Shown in pieces: positions 29,448 through 37,312 of a DNA stretch of 64,000 nucleotides. The position numbers were made by a program, and so were the translations under genes. Source of the stretch: Candidatus Subterrananammoxibius californiae (GTDB taxonomy: Bacteria > Planctomycetota > Brocadiia > Brocadiales > Subterrananammoxibiaceae). The stretch is from the NCBI GenBank assembly GCA_030586555.1, contig JAURAC010000011.1, positions 1-64,000 on the forward strand. The letters run 5' to 3'. The notes under the pieces are model-generated. The model saw nothing but the letters and a program-made list of their open reading frames with translations, was not told where the DNA came from and did no database searches. The stretch's first letter is position 1. Each line of letters begins with the position of its first letter.

Positions 29448-31028
29448 TTACGGCAATGTAAACTTCGGTTTCCAGTAGTGGGTAACACGGATGTGATGAA
29501 ATTGTTTTACGTCCTTATTATAATAAAGTGTACCAAGGAAATCTATCAACTCCGGGGGTAGGTCGCTTTTACCAATTTCGATAACCTCGATAAGGAATAC
29601 GCCCTTCGACCAATTACCCCCGATGTTTGGGGTTATCTTTTTGAAGACTTCGTTGAGACCAATATAAATATCCTTCTTGTAATAGTACTTGATGGGCTTA
29701 GAAGCGAATTCTTTGAACAAGAAATGGACCGTTTCTCCGTCAGATGCGGTTTCCTCAATGTAATTGGCAACGCCCTTCCAGTCTAATCTCCTTGGATTGC
29801 TTTCTGCGGTTATTATTGGAAACAGGTGAATGCATATAACAATGAGAATTATTGGACAAATAAACCTCAGTTTGCCCCTGATTAAATCAGGGGTGGAGGA
29901 AATTCCTTTTGCGATTAACAGCAGAATCAAACAGGACCAGAATAAGTGGTATCTGGTGGGCCCAAATGTTGGCCAGAATAAAAATGAACTTGCATAAGCC
30001 GCAAGAATCGGGATAGCGCCCCAGCCATAAATAAGAGGCTTATAGCGGTCGCTCGCCCCTGATTTAATCAGGGGTTGTGGCTCGTCGCTCGTGGTTTGCC
30101 GCCAAAAATATTTGTAGATTCCGAAAAGGAGCAGGATGCAAAAAAAGGTTAAGATGCTTATTCTAACAGGTAGTGACAGTGCTTCTATATATGCGCCTTG
30201 ATTATCAAAACGGATAGCATCTGCAAAGATAATACCCCGTTTCGGCATCATTATGTAAAAACCTGCAACAAATGAAGAGAGTACGTTTAGAAATGTTCCT
30301 ATTGTTGGCGGTTCTATAAATTCAGGTTTGGAGAACGCTTCTGTATGCACTTTTTGTGCGAAAAAAAGTACAGCAAGCAATGTAAATATAATACCCATGG
30401 CTGAGTAAATCAGCCATGGGTATTTACGTTTTCTATAAAAAACTACAGCCATAAAAAACAGCTCGGTTAGCACGATAAAGACAGCAGAGTTGTGTGTATA
30501 AAGAAGCATAACGTTGCTAATGCAAAAGGCTATCCAGAGTATGGTACGATGCCCCTTTAAAGCCCTTAACAACAGGTAGAGAGACGTTAATGCCAACAGG
30601 GTTGTTAAGGTGTATGCTTTCAGGCTACACGAGAAGAAGAAATGTTCCGGGTTCACAGCCAATAAAAGTGCGCCTATTAAGGCTGTTTTCTTATCAAATA
30701 TAAGGCTTGCAAGCTTAAAAATGACAAAGACTGATAGTATGCCAAAAATAGCCGATGGGAGCCTCAGTGCAAATTCGCTGGAACCGGCAAGTAGCTGCCA
30801 ACAATGGACGCTAATGAAAAATAACATGGGGCGTGATTTATGTAACGCTTCCCACACGATGTATTTAGCACTAATTTCATTTATCTTCTTTATGGCAAGT
30901 ACATCATCGCTTGAATACGAGGGTGTGGAAAGGTAGTAAATGCGCAGGAAAGCCGCCAAAAAGATAATTAAACAAAGGAGAATCGTTGTATAATATTTTT
31001 GTTCTTTTAGTAGGGGAATTGATTTCAT
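29448..31028 (-). CDS. GT39/ArnT/PMT-like membrane glycosyltransferase
   Basis: AAFLRIY.L...S.DD, EFALRLPSAIFG, LLAVNP, LLYTH; multiple TM helices; DW motif in the C-terminal domain. Confidence 0.8.
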   Translation of the reverse strand: MKSIPLLKEQKYYTTILLCLIIFLAAFLRIYYLSTPSYSSDDVLAIKKINEISAKYIVWEALHKSRPMLFFISVHCWQLLAGSSEFALRLPSAIFGILSVFVIFKLASLIFDKKTALIGALLLAVNPEHFFFSCSLKAYTLTTLLALTSLYLLLRALKGHRTILWIAFCISNVMLLYTHNSAVFIVLTELFFMAVVFYRKRKYPWLIYSAMGIIFTLLAVLFFAQKVHTEAFSKPEFIEPPTIGTFLNVLSSFVAGFYIMMPKRGIIFADAIRFDNQGAYIEALSLPVRISILTFFCILLLFGIYKYFWRQTTSDEPQPLIKSGASDRYKPLIYGWGAIPILAAYASSFLFWPTFGPTRYHLFWSCLILLLIAKGISSTPDLIRGKLRFICPIILIVICIHLFPIITAESNPRRLDWKGVANYIEETASDGETVHFLFKEFASKPIKYYYKKDIYIGLNEVFKKITPNIGGNWSKGVFLIEVIEIGKSDLPPELIDFLGTLYYNKDVKQFHHIRVTHYWKPKFTLP

Positions 31029-31208
31029 CGTACTTAAGGGACACTTCCCATATTTTTACAATAAAGAACTGATTGTTTAATAAAAAAACATGGGAAGCGT
31101 CCCCAAAACCTTAACCTTTCTATGGCAATATTTGCTATTATACACATTCCAAATTTTCTAAAGCAAGCCCTTTTCAAGCTGTAAGACCCGTTTGTTGTTG
31201 ATTTTTCG

Positions 31209-31266
31209 GTTGACAATCATACCTGATTATGGTAGTTTAACCGCCTGATAGAGATACACTGCGGGA
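31209..31266 (+). promoter_or_regulatory. Putative promoter and conserved leader for P7-P10
   Basis: TTGACA-17-TAGTTT, then ctgatagagatacactgcggga. Confidence 0.65.
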
Positions 31267-31356
31267 CCAGAACAAAGAACACAGACAACAGAACACAGAC
31301 ATCTGTGGTCTGTTATCTGTATGTCTGTCATCTGCTTGTATAAAGGAGGAAGAAAA

Positions 31357-31623
31357 ATGGGCGAAGAGAAAAAAGAGAGTAAGGAAAGCAAGAAAATGAA
31401 GTATGAGCAACCCCGGCTTGTTAAGCTGAGCGGTGCTAAGGGTGCGGGGGATTGTTTTAACGGTAGCGGAGATATTTCAACCTGTAATCTTGGTAGTACA
31501 GCTTCAGGTGAGGGGTGTAACGCTGGAAATAGTCCAATCCCTACAACTACAACGACCACAATTAGTACGACTACGACAACGACCACAACTGGTACGACTA
31601 CGACAACAATAGATGATGGTTAA
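31357..31623 (+). CDS. RiPP precursor P7 (88 aa, 3 Cys, poly-Thr tail)
   Basis: YEQPRLVKLSGAKGAGDCFNGSG..CNLGS..CNAGN, then a Thr-rich tail. Confidence 0.85.
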   Translation: MGEEKKESKESKKMKYEQPRLVKLSGAKGAGDCFNGSGDISTCNLGSTASGEGCNAGNSPIPTTTTTTISTTTTTTTTGTTTTTIDDG

Positions 31624-31822
31624 ACTTTAAGCCTTCTTAAAACCTATCAATCAGCCTGTGAGCGGTAGACAACGAGGTTTTATCCTGAATCGAGTTCAGG
31701 ACAGGCTCTCGTTGAAGTCAACGAACCCATTCACTACGTTCAGGGCAGGCTCCAAGTTCGTTGTCTACCATAAGTTGTGTTCGTTGTCCACCCATGTATT
31801 GGCGATAAAAGGAGGGAGAAAA

Positions 31823-32017
31823 ATGGGCGAAGAAGGTAAGAAAAAGAAATTGGTTTACGAGCAACCACGGCTTGTCAGGCTAAGCGGCGCAGTGGGCGCA
31901 GGGCAGTGCCAAGATGGTAGCGGAGAAGTCGGCGGCTGCGAATCTGGCAACGCGGCAGGTGACTGCGAAATTGGCACCTCGGGGGGCGGTTGTGAGGTAG
32001 GTTCAACCGCCGACTAA
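31823..32017 (+). CDS. RiPP precursor P8 (64 aa, 4 Cys)
   Basis: Same leader; CQDGSG, CESGN, CEIGT, CEVGS. Confidence 0.88.
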   Translation: MGEEGKKKKLVYEQPRLVRLSGAVGAGQCQDGSGEVGGCESGNAAGDCEIGTSGGGCEVGSTAD

Positions 32018-32061
32018 TAAAGAAAAACCCCCGTAACTGGATTAATGAGGGAGAATAAAGG

Positions 32062-32259
32062 ATGGGCGAAGAAGGTAAGAAAAAGAAGTTGGTGTACGAG
32101 CAACCCCGGCTTGTTAAATTAGTTGGCGATGCAGGCGCCGGGGACTGTGATAATGGCAGCGGAGACCGCTTCTGCACTGGTGGCAACACGGCGTTGGACT
32201 TCTGCGATAATGGTACCTTGGCGGCAGGGCTCCCTTGTTTTTTGGGTGCAGGCGACTGA
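32062..32259 (+). CDS. RiPP precursor P9 (65 aa, 4 Cys)
   Basis: Same leader; CDNGSG, CTGGN, CDNGT, CFLGA. Confidence 0.88.
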   Translation: MGEEGKKKKLVYEQPRLVKLVGDAGAGDCDNGSGDRFCTGGNTALDFCDNGTLAAGLPCFLGAGD

Positions 32260-32303
32260 TAAAGAAAAATCCCAGTAATTGGATTAATGAATGAGAATAA
32301 AGG

Positions 32304-32468
32304 ATGGGCGAAGAAGGCAAGAAAAAGAAGTTGGTGTACGAGCAACCACGGCTTGTTAAGCTAAGTAGCGCTAAGGGTGCGGGATTTTGCGCAATTGGCA
32401 GCGGAGATATAGACTGTTTTTCTGGTAACGCGGCGACCTTCACTTGTACTACAGGTTCAGGTGATTAG
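32304..32468 (+). CDS. RiPP precursor P10 (54 aa, 3 Cys; not in ORF track)
   Basis: Manual translation: MGEEGKKKKLVYEQPRLVKLSSAKGAGFCAIGSGDIDCFSGNAATFTCTTGSGD*. Confidence 0.88.
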   Translation: MGEEGKKKKLVYEQPRLVKLSSAKGAGFCAIGSGDIDCFSGNAATFTCTTGSGD

Positions 32469-32694
32469 TTTTTCATAAAACGAAAAATCTATAAGCCCCT
32501 TGGCTGGCTCAACCCCTGATTAAATCAGGGGCAAACGGCAACGGTTACCACGTCATGCCGACATGGCATGGCGAAACCCGTTATGGCCTCGAGGGCTGGG
32601 CGGGGCTTGTCTATCCAAAAGGGCTGGAAATTTGCTCGACTACTACCTCATGTTCTTTAACCTCTGGTGCAACCCTATCCCCACCCTTAAAAGG

Positions 32695-33069
32695 CTAAAC
32701 CGCTATCATCAGTTCTATAGCATCGTAATTGACAGAAGGCGATACCTCTTTTCTGCCCGTCTTTTCCTTCTTTGTGCTTACAAGACCAAGATTTTTAAGC
32801 AGCTCCAAATCCTGAGACACATTTTTTATGTCCCTCTCAGCCAATCTGGCAAGCTCCTGAAGGCTCTGCGGGTGGTGCTTTTTTATCAGGCGTATAAGTT
32901 CAAGCCTTTTTGTGGTCAAAGCCTTCCTGAAAGCCTCTGCACTCTCAAAATAAATGCCTACCTCTTTCTTTACCTTTTCACCACGCTCTATCGCCTCGGC
33001 AGTTCTGGCAAAGTTATCCAGCACCTCTTTCAGATTCTTTATCCCTATCTTTACCCTTTTAACCCTCAC
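32695..33069 (-). CDS. HVO_A0114/MarR-like HTH protein, putative antitoxin
   Basis: FES...RKALT.KRLEL....P.S..ELAR...RD.KNV..DL..L...GLV pattern. Confidence 0.75.
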   Translation of the reverse strand: MRVKRVKIGIKNLKEVLDNFARTAEAIERGEKVKKEVGIYFESAEAFRKALTTKRLELIRLIKKHHPQSLQELARLAERDIKNVSQDLELLKNLGLVSTKKEKTGRKEVSPSVNYDAIELMIAV

Positions 33070-33353
33070 AGTATTCCCTCCTTAAACCTATGTATTTCTT
33101 TATAAAAATCATCAAGCAACTTTCTTACATTTTCAAACCTATATGGCTCTACCCTGTTTCCATAGTGCCTATGGTCTCCCTTCATCTCAGCATTGTCATA
33201 GCCTATTACTCGATTACCCTTAACGACATAAACCAGTGAATATTTGTAGCCGTGCGGTTTATCAGGCGTTGCTTTAACTTCCCACAGTTTCACCTCCGTT
33301 ATGTTACCATCAATATCACGAACCTTGTCATGTATTACAAGCCTTGCCTTCAT
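33066..33353 (-). CDS. DUF6516/TumE-like protein, putative toxin
   Basis: PHGYKYSL...RVIGYDNAE.KGDHRH; 4-bp overlap with its partner. Confidence 0.75.
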   Translation of the reverse strand: MKARLVIHDKVRDIDGNITEVKLWEVKATPDKPHGYKYSLVYVVKGNRVIGYDNAEMKGDHRHYGNRVEPYRFENVRKLLDDFYKEIHRFKEGIL

Positions 33354-33448
33354 TAGAGGTATGATACACCAAATAGATTAAGAAAGTCAATCCAAATTAC
33401 TGGACTCCACCACCTGGATTTTAGGATTTTATGTAGCGTGAGTTGGGA

Positions 33449-33684
33449 AGGATGTATCGTTAGCAGTGCCAATGTGAATTGGGCGGGTAGTGGGGCTCCT
33501 GAGAAAAAACTTTAAGGTTCAAGGGTTCAAGGTTCGTGTCGTACTTATGCCATACCTAAAAATAAAAACAGATAAAAAGACACCAAAACAAAGGCAAGAC
33601 GGAAAAGTCATAAGTCCTTGTTTTGGTGTCTCAAATAAAAAAAGTAAAACCACGTAAAAGGTCTTAAAACAGTCTATAAATGGC
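33449..33684 (+). repeat. Right copy of the island-flanking imperfect direct repeat
   Basis: Matches 14339-14552, with an extra aaggttcaagggttcaaggttc insert. Confidence 0.9.
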
Positions 33685-33686
33685 TT

Positions 33687-33947
33687 TCATATTTCAAGGT
33701 CAATTATACTGCCGCTTCCATTTTTAGGTTGTTCTTCACTGCCCACCTTGTTCGCTACAAATGGTGTAGTATCTTCATCCGCCTGAGGCGGACTATTCTG
33801 GATGTTCATTTCCTGATTTTTCTTTTGTATTTTTCGCTTCGGTTGTTTATTTGCAAGGTTTCCTTGCTTTTTCTGGTCGCCTACTGATTTTAATCCCATA
33901 CACCTTATTTGCAGGTCATCTCTAACCGATTTCACATTATCTGTCAT
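33687..33947 (-). CDS. Hypothetical protein
   Basis: ggaggt RBS; charged protein ending GSIIDLEI; follows fliA. Confidence 0.55.
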   Translation of the reverse strand: MTDNVKSVRDDLQIRCMGLKSVGDQKKQGNLANKQPKRKIQKKNQEMNIQNSPPQADEDTTPFVANKVGSEEQPKNGSGSIIDLEI

Positions 33948-34047
33948 AACACACCTCCATACGAGAGGCGAAGAGGTAAAAAGGGTAAGAGGCTAAGAGG
34001 TTTAACCTTTTAGCCTTATCACCTTTTAGCCTTTTTGCCTCTAAACT

Positions 34048-34815
34048 TTATGTTGCAAATGCTGAGGTCTTGCCTATCTTTGACCGCAGTAAGAAGAGCG
34101 CCCTGTGGTGGAGTTGTGATACCCTCGATTCTGAAATGCCCATAACCTTGCTTATTTCCTTTAATAGAAGGTCCTCATAGTAATAAAGGGCAATAACAAG
34201 CCTTTCCCTGCGAGGAAGTTCAGCAATGGCTTTTGCCAGGAGTTCCTTTTCCTCTTGCTCTTCGAGGTTAAACAAGGGTTCTTTGGACTTCTGGTCCTTG
34301 ACAAGGTCAGCACCACACGTCTCATCATAGCCATCTATCTTGTTTTTGAACTCTTCTATAGATACAAAAGAATTGAAACTGATTTCTGTTAAGAGTTTAT
34401 CCCATTCACAGACGTCCATTTTTAAGGCATTCGCAATCTCTTCGGTACGCGGAGGGCGGTTTAACTTTTGCTCCAGGGATGTGTAGACATCTTTAACAAC
34501 TGCAGCCTTTTCACGAACAGACCGTGGCACCCAATCCTGCGAACGGAGATAATCGAGGATGGACCCTCTTATGCGAGATATTGCATAGGTTCCAAACTTA
34601 GTTTCTTTTTTGTCATCGAATTTTTCTGCCGCATCTATTAAACCAATAATCCCAAACTCCACAAGGTCTTCGTGGTCCACTTGAGGAGGGATATAAATCA
34701 GTACTTTGCCTACTACATACTTTACAAGGGGCAAATAATCCAGTACAAGCTTATTACGGACCGTCCAGTCCATCTCTTTTCTATAGTTCTTTTTTGGAAT
34801 TGCCGTGTTTTTCAT
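34048..34815 (-). CDS. fliA: Flagellar sigma factor (sigma28, FliA/WhiG)
   Basis: GLIDA.EKFD, RIRGSILDYLR..DWVPRSVR and ISESRVSQLH motifs. Confidence 0.92.
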   Translation of the reverse strand: MKNTAIPKKNYRKEMDWTVRNKLVLDYLPLVKYVVGKVLIYIPPQVDHEDLVEFGIIGLIDAAEKFDDKKETKFGTYAISRIRGSILDYLRSQDWVPRSVREKAAVVKDVYTSLEQKLNRPPRTEEIANALKMDVCEWDKLLTEISFNSFVSIEEFKNKIDGYDETCGADLVKDQKSKEPLFNLEEQEEKELLAKAIAELPRRERLVIALYYYEDLLLKEISKVMGISESRVSQLHHRALFLLRSKIGKTSAFAT

Positions 34816-34841
34816 AAAAGTTTACCACTATTATTTGTTAG

Positions 34842-35111
34842 TTATTTTGGGTTAGTTTTCTGTTCGCTTCTTTTAGCGGTATTACCCGCCAGTCCTTCAT
34901 GAGGTGGATTAGAACCAATCGTATCCTTTAAAAAAAACTCTATGAAGATTCTAAATAAGATACGGCTTAAAACCAAACACAGCGCAGCAGCTATACATGC
35001 CCTTATCGCAAGCGTTACTATAGGCACATCGGAAGCTATTCCCAGAAAACATGTAATGAAAAAAACTAAGCCTGTGAGATAGATACAAATTTTTGACGTA
35101 AAAAGTTCCAT
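34842..35111 (-). CDS. Small membrane protein
   Basis: Two TM helices; lies within the flagellar operon. Confidence 0.55.
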   Translation of the reverse strand: MELFTSKICIYLTGLVFFITCFLGIASDVPIVTLAIRACIAAALCLVLSRILFRIFIEFFLKDTIGSNPPHEGLAGNTAKRSEQKTNPK

Positions 35112-35155
35112 TCACTCCCTACCTTTTTCAAAAAGGCGAACTGTCTTCTTACAGT

Positions 35156-36031
35156 TCATACCAAGATTGATGCTACTGTTTCAGTAATGCGTTGAAAATA
35201 ATTCTTTATGCCAAGGTGTGGTTCCTCTATGGTGTTATTCACAAGCAGGGCTGCAAGATTGTTCAAGTAGCTACTGGCTGAAGAGTTTGGGAATTCCAGC
35301 ACAAATGGTTTCTGATGCCTGGTGGATTGAGGAACGTTTGGGTCGAGCGGCAAAAAGCCAAGGCATTGAACTTCTACATTAAGAAAAAGCTTTGCAACCT
35401 CTGCAATCTTTTTTGCGGTGCGTCCAGCTTCTTCACGACCTTTATACATATTAACAACTAACTTGATATCAGGGTCTTTTCTGTAACTTGCGATGACCTT
35501 AATCATGGCATAAGCATCGGTAATAGCCGTAGGCTCCGGTGTGGTAACTATCAATATCTCATTAGCCGCAAGCACAAAACTTAACACGTTGCTCGATATG
35601 CCTGCTGCCGTATCTACAATAACGATATCAATCTCGTCGTCTAACTGGCTGATACCGTTAATGAGCCTCTCTCTCTGAAGAGGCGTCAAATTGGCAAGTT
35701 CCTCTACTCCTGAACTGGCTGGGACAATCATTATTCCCTCCGGACCCTTGATAATTATGTCCTTTATCTCTTTATCGCCCATAATTACGTGCTGTAACGT
35801 ATATTCGGGGTGTATTCCCAAGAGCACATCCACGTTGGCAAGTCCAAGGTCTACGTCCATTAAAAGTGTCTTTTTGTTGTACTTGCGCAGAAGGATAGCA
35901 AGGTTGGTAGCGATGTTGGTCTTGCCCACGCCGCCCTTGCCGCTTGTTATTGCAATTGTTCGCCCGCGCAACAATTGGGGGACGGGTTTTCTCTTTGCAA
36001 TGTTTCGCAATCGTGCCGCTTGGTCATTCAT
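35156..36031 (-). CDS. flhG: MinD-like flagellar number regulator FlhG/FleN
   Basis: N-terminal DQAARLR, SGKGGVGKT, TTPEPTAITDAYA. Confidence 0.92.
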   Translation of the reverse strand: MNDQAARLRNIAKRKPVPQLLRGRTIAITSGKGGVGKTNIATNLAILLRKYNKKTLLMDVDLGLANVDVLLGIHPEYTLQHVIMGDKEIKDIIIKGPEGIMIVPASSGVEELANLTPLQRERLINGISQLDDEIDIVIVDTAAGISSNVLSFVLAANEILIVTTPEPTAITDAYAMIKVIASYRKDPDIKLVVNMYKGREEAGRTAKKIAEVAKLFLNVEVQCLGFLPLDPNVPQSTRHQKPFVLEFPNSSASSYLNNLAALLVNNTIEEPHLGIKNYFQRITETVASILV

Positions 36032-36126
36032 TTAAGTAGCCTCCCAATAAGAGTTCAAGGGTTCAAGAGTTCAAAGGTTCAAGGGTTCTTTAAACTCTTA
36101 AACTTTGAACTCTGAAACTCCTTACG

Positions 36127-37311
36127 TCACTTCCCATCCACAATTAGCTCCGCAATGCGTCCCGGCTTCGCTTCCTCTATATCATCAGGTACTTCCTGGC
36201 CATTTGTCAGATAAGACGGCGGTAAGGCGGTCCTGATAGCAAGGTTTAAAATCATACCATAGGTCTTGGTTTCATCAATTTTGGTAAAAACCAATCTGTG
36301 AAGTGGTATAATGCCGAAGCGATTAAATATTTCAATGGCATCCGAATACCTTGTGGTTGCACTCACAACCAGGTGAGTTTCTACCTGTGGAACTGCTTGA
36401 AGAATGCCTTTAAGGGCACGTATACGTGTAGCATCGAATTGGCTCCGACCTGCTGTATCAATAAGAATGATAGATGCGTTTGCGAACTGACTGACAGCAT
36501 TTCTCAATTCCTGCGGGGTAAAAACAACCTTGACGGGGACGCCCATTATATCCCCGTAGGTCTTTAACTGGTCTGCCCCACCAATCCTGTAAGTATCTAC
36601 TGTAATCAATGCCACGTCTTCTTCTGTGTTCACACTGTATTTTGCAGCCAGTTTTGCGATGGTAGTAGTTTTACCTACTCCGGTAGGTCCTATAAATGAA
36701 ATCACCGCTTGTGTTTTAGCATCTTTAGCTGGCAATTTTTGTGCAAGTAGCGCTTCTGCAATCTTTGCTTTGAGACACTGTTTTATAATGTCCGGGTTCT
36801 CCTGTTCCCCTTCTCGTTGCGCCTTCATTACGTTATCCAGCAACGTTCTTGACAACGTATCATCAACATCCTGAGTCCGAAGGTTGACATAGAACTCACG
36901 AATGGCATCAGGCCAACCATCCGTTCGAGTACACGCAACCCTCTGAAGCGAGTTTCTTATATTTAACAAATCGGTATGTAGTTTCTTTAAAGGAGGCTCG
37001 GCATTGTGCAAAACTTCGTCCCATCTATCACTCTCATTATGATTTTCCTTGCCAGCATCGTTGGCGGTCTTTTCCAAAGCAAAACCCTTTGCCTTGTCCT
37101 CCCCGCTTGTTGGGGGACTGATAGAGGCGGTTCCAGAAATCTCTGAAGGCGCTGCTGCTATTACCTCTATTACTTCTTTACCCATAGGTTCTTTTATACC
37201 GTCTCCATTGTACTTTCTTGTCTCCAGGATTAAGGCTGAGGGTCCTATCTCCGTCCTAACCTTTAGTAACGCTTCCTGGAGCGTTGGAGCAGAAAAGCTT
37301 TTAATCTTCAA
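36127..37311 (-). CDS. flhF: Flagellar SRP-type GTPase FlhF
   Basis: GPTGVGKTTT, DTYRIG, DTAGR, TKIDET and GQEVPDD motifs. Confidence 0.93.
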   Translation of the reverse strand: MKIKSFSAPTLQEALLKVRTEIGPSALILETRKYNGDGIKEPMGKEVIEVIAAAPSEISGTASISPPTSGEDKAKGFALEKTANDAGKENHNESDRWDEVLHNAEPPLKKLHTDLLNIRNSLQRVACTRTDGWPDAIREFYVNLRTQDVDDTLSRTLLDNVMKAQREGEQENPDIIKQCLKAKIAEALLAQKLPAKDAKTQAVISFIGPTGVGKTTTIAKLAAKYSVNTEEDVALITVDTYRIGGADQLKTYGDIMGVPVKVVFTPQELRNAVSQFANASIILIDTAGRSQFDATRIRALKGILQAVPQVETHLVVSATTRYSDAIEIFNRFGIIPLHRLVFTKIDETKTYGMILNLAIRTALPPSYLTNGQEVPDDIEEAKPGRIAELIVDGK

Positions 37312-37312
37312 T

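Noticed and set aside
27822..32468. Repeat-variable-repeat pattern as a CRISPR array
   Set aside because: The repeats are RBS plus leader-coding sequences of ORFs with 200-550 bp periodicity; no cas genes.
18009..32468. Diversity-generating retroelement behind core variability
   Set aside because: No reverse transcriptase; cores differ by indels and all base types, not only at adenines.
32563..33105. 180-aa plus-strand ORF, and other antisense ORFs such as 15692-16390, 11007-11534 and 17603-18139
   Set aside because: Antisense to well-supported genes, with no motifs.
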